64,000 nt of DNA, taken from Azolla caroliniana. Lineage: Eukaryota > Plantae > Polypodiophyta. A program made the translations under genes and the position numbers. The stretch is taken from the NCBI GenBank assembly GCA_043228905.1, contig JBHGNT010000010.1, positions 9,114,001-9,178,000 of the forward strand, given 5' to 3'. The notes beneath the pieces were generated by a model. It saw nothing but the letters and a program-made list of their open reading frames with translations. It was not told where the DNA came from and made no database searches. This document shows, piece after piece, positions 1 through 13,737 of the stretch; position 1 is the stretch's first letter, and every line of letters begins with the position of its first letter.

Positions 1-1101
1 GTCTTGATGGGGGAGAGACATCATCTTACAACACTGTCTTCTTGGAACCTACAAAACCAGAAAGATTTTTTCTCTTCTGTCGGATATAATCACATTGCTA
101 ACACAACAATTCTTGTCTTGCGTCAATACAAACATATCGTACTAAATTCAGAAAAACAAATGAGCAGCTTCTACAAGTGCAATACAGATATTGTTTTCCT
201 GGATGATTTGTATTCACTTTGTGTTTTGATTTGCATTGCAGTAAGCATCCTGTCAGCAAATATGAGGATCGCTCAAAAAGAATATGGAAACAAGCATCAT
301 TAAAAATGTTTCATTAAGTCTTTCAAGGGGACACATTTTGTAGACTGTGAAGTGGAGGTTGGCTGGTATTCCACTAGGATGTAGTGCTATGTAGGACTTG
401 GACCCTGGGCACATCCAATCGGTAGGCATTACTCACAAGGCTATCCAACGTTTGCGAAATATCCGAATTGTCTTGCTTTAATTTTGTTTCTGTTGAATAT
501 GAACTGCCACTCAGGTTACATTAATAGCTGCCTTAACAGTTTCTAAAAGAGAACTGTGTTTGAATAGCGAGGATTTTTATTGGTTCCATGAATCATACTG
601 AGGGGAGAAGGTTCAGGGGATGAAGTGTAGCCAAAATAAAAAGAAGGCTGATAGAAGTTGACTATGTGCAATGTACGTTCCTTCCATCATTCGAATAAAA
701 AGTGGCACCCAATCTCAGGTTTGGTGACTGAACGGAAATATGTCGGTCTCACATGCTATCTCGGTTTATTCACTGAAATTTTTGGAATGTATAAATGAGT
801 AATAGATCTCAAAAATTTGAGAGCTACAATACTCAAACATTTTAATGCTAGAATGTTTCATTATGTGCTTGGGACAGAGATAGGCTATATTTTGGCCCTA
901 TGGACAGATTAATACGAAGTTATAGACAACAGCCAATAGCAGGATGACCACATATGCACACCATAGAAAGCGCATATGAGCATGCATTCATTGGGATTAG
1001 ATACATGATAAACTTTTATGTTCAAATGAGAAAAACAAGAGCAAAATGCAGCATCTCATAAAAATAAATGAAATGTAAAATGACATCTTAGGCTTGCTTA
1101 C

Positions 1102-1644
1102 CTTGAACCAGTGCTCATTCATGGGTTTACTTGTGACTCGAATAATATCCATACTAGGTGTATAAGAAAAGCAGAGAGACCACCTCCTCCTGCTATCACT
1201 GCTAGTATCACGCTTGTAAATACTCACCACATCTGATCCATCTTGGTACATATTGTCCAGAAAGAAGAGTGCCGGTTTATTGCAGACGGATCTAATGGCA
1301 GCACGAGTATCAAAATCAAACTCTCCTCCCCCAGATTTCTTGTTCCAAGCTTTAAAAGTAATTTCGGGCCTTTCCAATTCTCTGGGCAGCAGAACGTAAG
1401 AGTACACCTGCACCACATATCCTAACGAGATAGAGAATGTCAATTTCTTCTCACGATCATAACAAATGCATCTCTGTAAGAAGCTGCTAGGTTCCGTCTT
1501 CATAGCGTTTGTCAAATGATGCAATCCTTCAATTGCATTGTATTGCGGAAAGAATGGATCCACCTCTTCTAAATGATGCATAGATATGAAGGGTGTGATT
1601 GGGTGGCCTGCGAGCAGACCAAAGGCATTTCCATGGAGATCAAA
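1102..1644 (-). CDS. DUF604/fringe-like glycosyltransferase, coding exon 2 (final exon not located in the window)
   Basis: 87-bp GT..AG intron 1645-1731 with pyrimidine tract; continues in frame FDLHGNAFGLLAGHP...SMHHL...LQRCICYD...SISLGYVVQV; ends at AAG|GTAAGC donor. Confidence 0.88.
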
Positions 1645-1731
1645 CTGCAGACAAAAGAGAAAAAGAAAGAGCCACATTTAGCACATACTGAAAGAAAGGG
1701 TGATGTATACTCTTAACAGATGCTTGTTTAC

Positions 1732-2691
1732 CTGATGAAAGCCAGGCTCCTTTGTAAGAGGTACCCCGAGCTCAGAAATACAGGCATGTAGACGGTCATC
1801 ACTTCCAAACAGAAAGGGGTAGCGTTCCAAGCAGTCATCCAACATGGCTGAGAGGGCCTGAGCAAGTGGATAACTAATCGCAATTCCACCCCCTCCAAAT
1901 GCCATTCCATGACTGAAGTAGGTATTGGACGAATGGCTCTCTGATGGATTTCCTATGTAGTACAATTCCCTCCAATCATACTTCTTCAAAACGCGGAGAA
2001 GATTGTCAGCCGCAAACACAGTATCATCATCGCCCATCACAAACCAACGCACACCTGGCACATTCAATTTGAAGGCTTCTTGAACAATCCTAGCAATTCG
2101 GATACCCGAGGGATGTCCTGTTGGATTGGTATAAGTGAAATTGCTAATATCTTCCGACACCCTCACAGCAGGTAGATATTCTTCATCTGATGGTTCCCCC
2201 ACGACATTCTGTTCTAACCACACAAACCCTCTCATTTCTCTTGGCCTCCACCAAAGCTTCACATACTCTTTGCGATGAGGCCAGAGTTGGGCGGCACCTG
2301 CAATTCCAAACAAAATGTGCTCCATCTTTAGATCTCCTGTGGAGTTTGCACCCATGTTGCGCAGCCATTGATAGCTCCCTGAAGAACTGCTGCTGTTGTA
2401 GAGGTCACGTGGTTCCCATGGGAAGATGGAGAAGCTGCCCTGCCGATCTGTCACGCATTGGATGGAGCGTGATGAGAATACCAATGAGATCCAAGCGCAA
2501 GTAGTCAAGGCCAGTACTATTGCTATGAGTACGACCGTGCTCGTCTTCACATGCCTCCACCGCCGGCTTCTGCTCCTGATCAAGGTGTGCTCTGAATGGA
2601 CGTGGTGTGACATAGTTTTGCTTCTCTCACCTCTCTCATGGCCCTGGGATGCTGAAGCTGGAGGAGATCTCGACCACCTGAAAGCCGGCAT
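1732..2691 (-). CDS. DUF604/fringe-like (GT31-related) glycosyltransferase, coding exon 1
   Basis: N-terminal transmembrane anchor; motifs HILFGIAG, WWRP..MRGFVWLE, RWFVMGDDDT, YYIGNPSESH, MAFGGGGIAISYPLA, GSDDRLHACISELGVPLTKEPGFHQ; ends at donor CAG|GTAAAC (1732/1731). Confidence 0.9.
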
Positions 2692-3414
2692 TGGTCAAAC
2701 AGCAATTAGATCTGAAATTCTACCCTATTGCCTTGCTAAAAGAAGAAGGTTCTGCAATGCTACATCTATATAACGGCTACATTCACTGGTGCAAATCACA
2801 GTATGACTCATACTGCATGGTGAGATGTGGGTTACAATAAGTGGCCTGAATCGGAGATTTCGCTCATATTCATGATTGAAATGCGTCAGGCAAGACAATG
2901 TAGCAAAGAATCAAGTAGTCTTTTCGTCCAAAATTAGAGAAAGGATCTATTAACTGATCGGGTGCATGAGGGAACAAGAAGACAATAGGATGGATTGCAA
3001 AACAGAAAATCAGGAATCACAGGGGTGTAACAAATGATTCTATATCAAGATCACCCAAATCTCCATAGAAAGGAACAGATTGCCCAGAAGAGCAAAAAGA
3101 AAAAAAAACGGTTGTTTGGAAGCACGTCAATACTTAGATCGCATCTAAACGGATTTGAGGGCACTGACTCAAATTGCAGGGGAAGGGAGCGGCTAACAAC
3201 AAACCTGAAGGAAACGATCGGATCGATGTGATTCGTTATGATGGGCAGGATCGCAGGCTCTCAGAAGGAAAAGGCAGCGAGACGAAGGAGAAGAAGAACG
3301 GATGGCTACGGATCTCTGGCTCACCCCCACCCCACCCCACCTTCAAGAAAAGAAAAGAAAAGAAAAGAAAGGCTGCCCGCAACAAGAAGAAGAAGGGGGA
3401 TGGTACGGCCAATT

Positions 3415-3514
3415 TAGAAAGAAGGGAAGGGAAGGGAAGGGAAGAGATGATGGGTGCAAGGTGCAGAAAGAGAGAGATAGATAGATCTAATCTGTCTGTC
3501 TGTCTGTCTCTGTG

Positions 3515-3570
<56 letters not shown>

Positions 3571-3970
3571 GTCTGTCTATGTGAGCTGTTCTGACCTGTT
3601 GTAGCTATTTGACCTTCGACGAAATAAAAAGAAAAGCAGAGTAGCGGGCCAGGATGCCGGTGATGGCGATGGCGGAGGCCCCATCTACATCTACATCTAC
3701 ATCTATATCTATGTCTGCATCTGCATCTGCACCTGCACCTGCATAAACACATATTCACATGCATCTGTGTATGTATGTATGTGTCTGTCTGTCTGTCTGT
3801 GTGTATGTATGCATCCATACATGTATGTATGTATGTATGCATGTATGGATGTATGGATGTATGTATGGATGGATGGATGGATGGATGCATGCATGTATGT
3901 GTGTGGTGTGTGTTTATGAGTGAGTTCGTTTTTACCCATCTTGATATGTATATATATATATATATACATA
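3415..3970. repeat. Compound microsatellite block: (GAAGG)n, (CT)n, (CATCTA/CATCTG)n, (TATG)n, (GGAT)n, (AT)n
   Basis: Directly visible simple repeats upstream of the DUF604 gene. Confidence 0.95.
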
Positions 3971-4875
3971 TAGGCATTCAAAATCAATCTATGGTTTTCT
4001 CTTTTTCCACATTTTCTTTTTCCTCTCCTGTATTAACGCTTGTGCTACCCATACTTAGCTATAGCTAATCCAAGCTGGAGGAGGAGGAATTGCACCACCC
4101 CCCCCCACCACCACCACCTCTGCCTCAAATATTACCCCACCCAGCACGCGTGACTCGTCCTCATCGTATACGTATATCTTAGTGAGTTGCAACGGTTTTT
4201 GTTAGACTACCACCAAGTAATCTTTGTCATGTCCTTTTGCTGACATATTATGAGGAGTCATTGGGGGATTCTTATTTGAATATCAACAACCTATAGTGCG
4301 TTGTCCTTGTCATATGCGTACATACGAGTCGTTGTGGCTTCCATTTTCAATATTAGCAAACAAGATCATGTCATTTTCATGAGCATACAATTATATATCT
4401 ACTTAAGCATTAACAAGGTAGATGTGGACAAATGTGGACATGCGGTCGTGCAAGTGGCCAATATGTTTTTGTCATGCTCAAATATTACTTTCTCCACGAC
4501 ATTCATTAGCTATTTAAATAAAAGAAATCAAAGTGTCGCAACATTAGTAATTACCTCCCATGTTCTTACCTATTCATTGGCATGCCCACGTTCATGATCT
4601 CAATGCATGTATTTTTTAATAAGATATCCATTGATTGGTGTAAAGGAATATACATAGAGATGTGATTCTCAAGTGACAAACATAGGGAACAACCATCTTG
4701 GTGGTTGAAGTTGTTAAAAGGGGTTGCCATCTTTGAAGGGCAGAAGTTGAGTATCTTGCTAGAGAGTAATAAATTAGAGGTGTTGAGTGATTTTAGCATT
4801 TGTCTGTCTAAACAAAGGTTGCTTACCATACACCCACAATTCCCAATGTGACTTTAAGTCCTCTAGTAAGGGGTC

Positions 4876-5218
4876 TGTAAATAAACGAGAGTGATTATGT
4901 GTAGCGGAAGTGAGATGTGTGTGTGTGAGAAGGAGAGAAATAGAGAGAGCTCGACGTATATAGAAAATGCAAGTAGAACTGTATTAACAATGAGTAGAAT
5001 ACAGGAATAACCAACCACTTTACAAGGGAGGTGAGAGAGCACTTATATAGTCACCTTCCCATTATTTTCTTTCGACAACCACCACGTAACTAAAGAGAGG
5101 TGGAGTCTTAACTACACTGAAAATGTGTCATAGAACTATAAGATTCTATGACACACTAGTTACTATAGTAGGTGGTGGGATGTTCACACACTAGGGAAGT
5201 TGAGTTTGAGTCTCAACA
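4876..5218 (-). repeat. 3' LTR of host Copia
   Basis: TG..CA termini; polypurine tract (PPT) GAAGGGGCG on the minus strand at about 5219-5228; homologous to 36337-36463. Confidence 0.85.
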
Positions 5219-7925
5219 CGCCCCTTCAGACGCAACTTCCAGACGCCGAAAAGTTGGTTTGATTCAGTTGAATCAGCTTCGACTAGACGGTCGGTTGTTC
5301 TACTACCCCTCAAGTGTGGCTCATGGCTTGTGGCTCGTATGTACTTGAGAGACCGAGGTTCATCGCGAACTGCCGCGGGTTGTTGATTCCCAAGGCTTTT
5401 GTGAATATGTCAGTTGTCTGCAGATTCGTGCTAATGTACTGCAAATCGATATTGCCATCCAATACACGTTCTTGGATGAAGTGGTAGTGCACCTCAATGT
5501 GCTTTGTCCGAGCGTGGAAGATTGGGTTGCGGACCAGGTGGATGCTCCTCATGTTATCGCAATACAGGAGAATCAGACCCTCAATGGGAATGCCCAGATC
5601 CTTCAGGATTCTTTTGAGCCAAACGGCTTCGCGTGCGGCGACAGCTGCGCCCCTGTATTCGGCCTCTGTGCTCGACAGTGCGATTGTCAACTGCTTGTTA
5701 CTACTCCACGAAATGGCTCTAATGTCGAGGGAGAAGACGAATCCCGATGTTGATCGTCTGTCGGCTATAAAGCCGGCCCAATCAACATCGGTATATCCTT
5801 TGAGTCAAATCGAATTCCCCGATTTGTAGAGAATGCCAAAATCCATCGTCCCACTCACATAGCGTAATACTCGTTTAGCGCAATCCAGGTGGATGTTTCA
5901 TGGTGTCTGCATGAACTGGCTAAGGAGATTGGCTGAATAAATTAGATCAGGTTGAGTGATAGTGAGGTAAATTAAACTGCCGACCAGTTGACGGTATTGG
6001 GTCTTCTCGCATCCTGTAGTTCTAGAGTTAGCATCGATCTTAGATCGTACTCTTTTGCCACAAGTTGATCCTTATATCAATTGATGGTGTCGTCGGCATT
6101 GTGCTTCACCTTAAATATCCATCGGCAATAGATTGCCTTTTGGTGGGGTGAAGAGGGAACCAAATCCCAGGTCTCGTTTTTGGAGAGCGCTTGCATCTCC
6201 ACATTCATCCCTTTGACCCATCGCGGGTCCTTGGCAACTTCGGAAAACATTTCCGACTCTCAGACTATCGCCACCTTCATATGCCATGTAGTCATTGTAG
6301 CTGAATTGGCTAACTACATTCTTTTCTCGGGTGGAGCAACACAATGTTTCATTAGTCTTTGTGTGCACTTGCTCGACTCCTGGTATGACCGACAAATCTA
6401 AACCACTAAACTCACTGTCGAGTGAGTGTTCTGATTCGATTCCTACTGAGTCTTCATACTCAGGCATTTCGACCTTCCATTTGTCCATCTTCGGACTTGG
6501 TCGCGACGTGCTTTGGTCACTCGAGCTCTTGTGGTCCACTCAACCTGGTTGAGATTGGACTCTCTCCGATATGAGCCTTAGGCGGTTGTCCTCATTTGAT
6601 TCCATATCGAAATAGTTTTCGATTGGATGATCGGATGGAGCTGAGTCGGCCGAGTACGAGGATGTCGATTGGTCGAATACAACATGATTCCCTACTCACT
6701 TGTACCTTTTTGGTAGATGGGTTGAAGCATTTGTACCCCTTTTGTTCGAGTGAGTACCCCACAAGGATATGCTTCTCCGATTTCGGATTGAGCTTTTGCC
6801 GCTTTTCATCGGGAATATGTACAAATGCGATCGAGCTGAATATCCTGACGTGGGATATCATGCACTCCGGATGTTGTGCACTGGTTCATTAGATAGACAT
6901 CTATGTTCACCGCTTTAGCCCAATATGATTTCGGTAGGTTCTTTTTGTTCATCATTGATATGGCCACCTTCAATATATGCCGATTTTTACGTTCAGCAAC
7001 TCCATTTTGTTGAGGTGTGTGTCGGTAACTAAATTCCTTTTTATCGAAGGTATGTTGTGAAGGCATTAGAGAGGTACTCCTTGCTGTTGTCCGATCGAAA
7101 GCATCGGACATGCTGATCAGTTGCCTTTTCGACTTCATTCTTAAACTTTTGGAAGTGTTTGAACACTTCGCTCTTTTGTCGCATAGGATAAATCCAGGTA
7201 TGCCTGGAGAAGTCGTCGATGGACATGACATAATATCAACAACCACCGAGTGTTGTTGTCCGGGCCGGTCCCCATACATCTGAATGTACTACATCTAGGG
7301 TCCCTTTGCTCACGTTCCTCTTTTTCGGGAACAATTGTCAATGTTGTTTGCTAAATTGGCAGGCTTCACATACACCTACCATCTCCTTTTTCAGTAAAAG
7401 GCGGGAGTCCAATGACGACTCCTTTTGATTGCATCCCTTTGAGCTTTTGGAGATTGATGTGGTCGATTTGTTTATGCCACAACTCTATGTCGGTGTCGGC
7501 TTTACGGCCCTTGGCATACATTGCCAATTTCATCATGTGAGAGTCGAGGATGAACATTCAGCCTTCTCTTTGACCGCGAGCAATAATTCGACCTTCCTTT
7601 TCGATTAAACATCCTACGTCGTTGACCTGAACTTGTATGCCTTGTTCCATGATCTGGCCGACCAAGACTAGATTCTTCATTATTGTTGGAACATACAAGA
7701 ATGTTTTGATTTAGGTCTGATTGCCCTCTTCGCCGAATGGGAAATTGTCAACATGCTGAACGGGGTGTATTGTCATCCCAGTTTCAACATAGCTGGGTCG
7801 ATCGGGTTTTCGGAGTTCTCAAAACCAATCTGCATGAGACGTCATGTGATTTGACGCACCCGAATCGACAAACCATACATCTTTGGAACTGGCGTTGCTA
7901 GTCGAACATGATTCCATCGTTGAAT
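5219..7925 (-). pseudogene. pol: Degenerate Copia pol (protease, GAG-pre-integrase, integrase, largely deleted RT, RNase H)
   Basis: WFVDSGASNHMT near 7860, LWHKQIDHIN, TPQQNGVAERKNR, LVGYSLEQKGYKCF, ALSSTEAEY..CDN..HARTKHIEVHYHF; stops, frameshifts and an RT deletion near 6050. Confidence 0.9.
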
Positions 7926-7948
7926 TCTATGCCAAGGGGTGCAAGTAA

Positions 7949-8001
7949 GGTTTGAACCTTGCACCTCCAAGATAGGACACAATTGACTTACCATTAGGCT
8001 A
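7949..8001 (-). promoter_or_regulatory. tRNA-like A-box/B-box cassette in LTR D (copy 23780-23831)
   Basis: TAGCCTAATGG, 32 nt, GGTTCAAACC on the minus strand. Confidence 0.7.
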
Positions 8002-8731
8002 AGTTGTTTCTTTAAGTTATACTTTCATCATTGTGTTCTTCACATGTAAATATTCATACATGAGAGCTTGAATGAGTGACATGGTCATCATGCATCACAT
8101 GTAATGCATGAGTGCCAAATGGCAATCATGCATCGCATGCGTTCCATGCATTGTATGCATGTCTTGTACCCTCACATGCATCATATGCATGGGGGCATCT
8201 ATAAAAGAAAGGAAGAAAAAGAATTGGGGGGGGGGAATCAAGCTATGTGGTGAATCAAGATCTTAATAAGAAAAAACCTAGTTATTTTATTGGTGATGTG
8301 TCTTGTTTCTCAACATTGAAGTCAAGGGTTCAAACCCAGAATTGGAATTTACGTCACTCTCTCTCTCTCTCAGCCACATTAGTATATCACTTCGGCTACT
8401 ACAATTTCATTTTGTGTGGTCATTCACTCTATCTCTAGAATTCTCGTAAAGAAGGAAATAGCACCGGCAAAGATCGTTTCGCCATTGTCACCGCTCACTA
8501 AAACGTTGCGCACCACCACATTACCGCCACCTACACATCAATCCACCGCACCGATGAGTCTAGTTCGGGTGCATCTTCAACAACAAAGAACAACCCAACA
8601 ATAAAGCTAAACGGCCAATTCATCTGGACCTCCATAACCACTAGTGGATAGATGCCCGATGCTTGTCTGCGCCTGTGTGACGCACACATCACGACATTTG
8701 GCACGTGTGTCACACGCCACGCGACATCTTC

Positions 8732-8747
8732 TGGTGAACCCGACATG
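8732..8747 (+). promoter_or_regulatory. Primer-binding site complementary to the tRNA-Trp 3' end
   Basis: TGGTGAACCCGAC(A/G)TG follows the LTR end GCGACA; same PBS at 55745-55760. Confidence 0.75.
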
Positions 8748-8899
8748 AACAACACAAGGTGGTAATGGAGGCATCACGAATGATGGATGTGGTCTTGCTT
8801 GCTTACGACTTAGCGGAGTCAATTAGAATAGAAGGTGGTCCAAAGCTCCTAATGCTTCTGTTTGTAAGGAAGGCCATGGAAATGTTGTTGCATTATGAT

Positions 8900-9730
8900 A
8901 AGGAAGATCGAGATATTTGAGGATGCGGTCATGAAGAGGAACGAACGTGGGCTTGACAAGAGAGATCAATATGTTCTCGGTTGCAATCTTTGAAGAGGCA
9001 TGTGACAAAGATCATGGTCTTAAAGGGAGAGATCGAGATCAACATGCCTATGGTCGTTACGAGGATCGTTCCAAACTTGACAAAAGAGAAACATGTGACG
9101 AAGAACACGATCTTGAAGGGAAGGATTGTGATCAACATACCTATGGTCATCATGAAGATCATTGCAAACTCAAGAGAAGAGAGAGATGCAACGAAGAAGG
9201 ATGCAATCGTGAAGAGACATGCGATGAAGAATGTGGGCTCAAGAGGGAAGACCGAGAAGGATGCGATCATGAAGAGACATGCGATGAAGAACATGCGCTC
9301 AAAACGGAAGAATGAGATATTTAAGGATGCGGTCGTAATGAAGAAAGTGGGCTTGACAAGAGAGATCAACATGCCTATGGTCATTACGAGGATTGTTGCA
9401 AACTCGACAAAAGAGAAACATGTGACGAAGAACACGATCTTGAAGGGAGAGATTGTGATTGTCATCATGAAGATCATTGCAAACTCAAGACAAGAGAGAG
9501 ATGCACCAAAGAAGGATACAATAATGAAGAGAGATGTGATGAAGAATGTGGGCTCAAGAGGTAAGATCGAGAAGGATGTGATCATGAAGAGACATGCGGT
9601 GAAGAAAGTGGGCTAGAGGGGAAAGACCAAGATACTCAAGGATACAGTCGTGAAGAGACATGAGACAAAGAACGTGGGTGTGAGGAGAAAGATTAAGATC
9701 TACATGGTTATGATAACAAAGATCATTGCA
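8900..9730 (+). repeat. Degenerate tandem repeat array (about 57-60-bp subunits, about 400-bp higher-order unit) inside element D
   Basis: Recurring GAAGAGACATGYGAYGAAGAA and GTGGGCTYRA motifs; 8920-9250 repeats at about 9323-9620. Confidence 0.8.
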
Positions 9731-11249
9731 AACTCATAAAGAGTGCTCGAGATCTACAAGGTTATGATTGTGGCAAAGATTACTATAAACACAAGAGGAG
9801 AAATCAAGGTCGAGCTCTTCATGGTTGTGCTACACTCGAAATTCGTGATGGTGAGAGAAATTGGGATCAAGACTCTCATGGTTTAAATTGTGATGACAAG
9901 CATGATAGGTTTAATGAGAGCCGCGAACGAGAGAAGAAGTTAGGAAGAGATGAAAAGTTTATAGATGATGACGATGATGATAATAACGATACACACGATT
10001 TAGGGCTTGATGATAGTAAGGGAGAGTGTATTATTGATGGTGAGAGTGAGTGCCATGAGAAGAATGAGGGTTATGATGATAAAAAGTTGTGCACTTTCTG
10101 TGGATATGGTTATGATAAGGGTAATGATGAGGGTGAGAGTGACGAAGAGGAATTGTGTGTTTTAGGTTGCCTTGGGTTTCTTCGTGATAGATTTTATAAG
10201 GGTTTCACTAAATCAAATGGTGACATTCATGAGGATATCCATTATGAAAATAGAATAGGGATTTGTGATGATGAGGACGTTCTACAAAAATATGTCCATG
10301 ATGATGTAGGGTTACTTAATCATCACAAGGGTATAAGTAAGGAAAATCTAGAAAATGTTATTTGGGATGTGTATAATGATGTTGTTGATGGGATGGGATT
10401 AAGGTTAATAAGATTGAGGATAATCTAGAAAATGTTATGATGGTTTGGGATGTGTATGATGATTATGTTGGTGTTGTGAGTGTGTGCGGGAAGGATGAGT
10501 TTAGGGTAGATGATATTGAAAATGATGATTATCTTGTAATAAATGATTTGGTGATTAAATATGTTGTTAATGATGATGTAAATATAATTAACATTGAGGT
10601 TGTTATCGAAGAAAATGATGTTGTGGTAAAATGGATGGTTTTAATTATAAAGAAGACAAGAAAGAAGTAATTATGAGGACTACCCATGGGAATTGTCATG
10701 ATAATACTCAGATCATGCATCAAAAGGATCATGACACTCACATTATGACTCGGATTTGAACCCACGAACTTGTTGTACACATGTCAAATCCTTACCCATT
10801 GTATTAATATTCTTATATGTATATTTTTTAGAATATGAAATGTAATATCATAGGAATATTCTATATTACTTTATATTCTAGAATGACCTAGAAAATTCTA
10901 GAGTGTTCTATACCACTAGAACCTTCTAGAATACTCTAGAGATATTCTAGATTACTCTACATTCTAGGATAACCTAGAATATTCTAGAGTGTTCTCTATT
11001 ACTTATAAAAAAGGGATCTACCACCCATCCCAAACCTAAATTGGTTTAACGCCATTTTGTAGCCTACTCTTTGTAATCCATTTTACTCTTCAATATAATA
11101 ATTCTCTTTCAATTATCTCTCTACCTCTCTTTCTCTCTCTTTCTCTCTCTCAGTCTTGACAGTTTGAACCAATTTTCTTCCTTTCATCTCTTCGTCTTCC
11201 ACAAACCCTAATAAGTTCTCTTCTTCCTTCTCCTCTCCCCTCGTAAGCT

Positions 11250-12335
11250 ATGGAGTTCGTGAGCAAACAAGAATACATGTGTGTTCTTTCTGAGCTCGAC
11301 ATGCTCACGAATAAATTTGTGGCATTAGAGCATGAGAATCAAAGGCTACTTGGAGATCTACAACACGTGAGCGCCGAAAAAGCTCAACAATATGAAGAGT
11401 TATCACAACGGGTTCATCAACTCGAGGCGACTATATTGTCATTACAAGAGCAAGCGTCGGGGGCTCAGAACTCCCCTAGAGAGCCAAAGATTAGCCTCCC
11501 CGCCAAGTTTGATGGTACGAGGCCTTTATTTTGAGGCTTTTTGAATCAAGTTCGTCTGGTTATTTATCTACATCCCAATCGATATCCAATTGATGCTGCT
11601 CATGTGGGACTAGTGGGAACTTTGCTATGCGGTACAACGTTGCTGGAGGATTTCAAGGCATTTGTTAAAGAGTTTCAAGCTAGTTTCGGAGACACCAACA
11701 ACACTAGGATAGCGATAAACAAGTTTCGAAGGCTCTAACAAGGAGATCGTCCCGCGTCGGCTTATGCAACCGATTTCCGTCTCTTGGCATGCGATATCCC
11801 TTGGTATGAGGCGGCCTTAATGGATCAATTCCGTCAAGGTTTGAGAAATGATGTCAAAGATCTTCTTCTTACTTTCCTTGAAGATCCGAAGTCGCTTACA
11901 GAAGCCATTAGTCAAGCTGTGCGATGTGATAATCGCCTATTTGAGCGACATTCTGAGTGCCAACAAATGTTACACCACCAACCTGAGCAGACTTACGCTT
12001 CCGAAGTCGCAACGCCTCCACAAGTTTCTAGAACCATTACAAGGGATGGACCAACTCCGATGGAAATAGAGTCAACACAACATCGTGGGCCGTTATCAGA
12101 TGCTGAGAAGCAACGATGTCGAGCACATCACCTCTGCTTGTATTGTGGCGGTCCAAGACATATAGCTGTAAATTGTCCACATAAACCTAGGCGTCAAGTA
12201 TACCAAGTAAGTGCCCATGAAAACCCTACATCGAGTTCTATTGTTACTTCTAATAACATAAATAAGCCTCATAGTCCATGCCATGAGAATAGATTCGATG
12301 TCTTGAGTCAATTAGAGGATGTGTTAAACGAGTAA
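11250..12335 (+). pseudogene. gag: gag of chromovirus B (with stops and frameshift)
   Basis: Coiled-coil N-terminus, PKISLPAKFDG, PTPMEIE, zinc knuckle CLYCGGPRHIAVNC; paralogous to 17384-18535. Confidence 0.88.
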
Positions 12336-12943
12336 GTTCGGCCAAAATAGGAGCCATTTGGCTGGACCATCCTAGCTATGTAGAGTTAGTTCCTAGTCGT
12401 GGTTCCATTTCATCAAATCAAGTGAGTCGAGTTTTTTCAGCACAAGTCGAGCTTACCACATTTATATGTCATCGAGTCTTAGCCTCTGCCCTCCTAGATT
12501 CTGGAGCCAACTCTTGTTTCATGGATCGTGAATTTGCCTTGTCACAAAACATCCTCTTGAATAAGCTTCCCAGCCCAGCAACCATAGGAGTCATTGATAG
12601 ATGTCCCATAGCATCAGGAGATATAGTCGAGGAGTCCGAGCCAATTAGGATAGTTCTTGGTGATTTGGCAAGCATAATCTCTTTCAACATTATTCGTAGT
12701 CCGGAACACCCAATAGTTCTAGGTCTCCCTTGGTTTGAACTCCATAACCCGAAGATTGATTGGATGAAAAGAACAATTGAGGAGACCCGGGAAAAAAGCA
12801 CAAACCCCACATCCCTCTCTCCTACATGTGATAATAGATCCCTGGAGTTATCGCCCATCTCTTTACGACAATTGCGGGAGGAAGGGGGGAACGAGGCCAT
12901 GTTCGTCTTCGCAATAATAGCAACTCCATCATCCACTTCATGT
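12323..12943 (+). pseudogene. pol: Protease part of chromovirus B pol
   Basis: ALLDSGANSCF and IVLGLPWF motifs; lies in the -1 frame relative to gag. Confidence 0.88.
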
Positions 12944-13477
12944 TGTCATGCCTTTCGGCTCCGGATCGTTGCGTGAGTTGAGTGGGAACCACTGGGGTTT
13001 TGGACTAGGAGGAAAGAAAATTCTAGGGCAATTAAGAATATGAAATATATTGTAAGAAAGAAAGATATGAAAAACTCTTGAATCCCATGAGTATAGTGTG
13101 TTAGTGAGTACTCAGATTAAGAGAGAAAAAAATAGTTAGAAATTCGTGAATCCCATGATTATATTATTAATCCCCCTTGTAAAATAAGCAACAACCTCTA
13201 TACATCTTTCTCTCTTCCTTATATAGTGTTGGAAGAGTCTAAGTTTATCACATGCAAGCATCATGCTTTTCCTATTTTTAGTTTTCATGCACACCGCATG
13301 TGCATGATTAGCTTTCTATCTAATCTTTTCTTTTAACTCAAGTGTCTATGCATGAATAACTTTTTGTACCATGTGTCATGAACAGTACTGAGACAGAGAA
13401 GGAATTAGTACTAAACGAAGGATTAGTACTATGAGAGGTGTGGAACTTCTTCGAGAGAAGGAAGAAGTGAGCAAGAC

Positions 13478-13509
<32 letters not shown>

Positions 13510-13642
13510 TGATGATAAGAAAGATATTTATTATATGAAGAGAATATACAACGGTGGCTAAAAGGCTTAAGACTGGCGTTGAACCAATTTGATTCAACAT
13601 AATGCCTAGTGCCCTCTTTTATAGTGTTTTCAGGAGTAGTCC

Positions 13643-13662
13643 TGAAGCTTCTAGAATGTTCC
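13643..13662. promoter_or_regulatory. Perfect 4-unit heat-shock element in U3 of LTR A (second copy 18878-18897)
   Basis: tGAAgcTTCtaGAAtgTTCc about 20 bp upstream of the TATAAAA box in element orientation. Confidence 0.65.
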
Positions 13663-13737
13663 AGAGAAATCTGGAATATACACTAATTTCCTATAATAAA
13701 ATGTAAATGAAAATAATATCCTACGTATTACAATAGA

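Noticed and set aside
4-303. 99-aa ORF at the window start
   Set aside because: No motif; probably intron or downstream sequence of the minus-strand DUF604 gene
3174-4068. Several ORFs of 60-190 aa
   Set aside because: Translations of microsatellites (ER, SL, HT, CMY repeats)
8929-9616. Hydrophobic 218-aa and basic 211-aa ORFs as membrane or env-like proteins
   Set aside because: Alternate frames of a tandem repeat with no env or fusion motifs
13376-13600. Duplicated 74-aa hydrophobic ORF (also 18611-18835)
   Set aside because: Lies in LTR R/U5 across a (CT)n tract; duplicated only because the LTRs are
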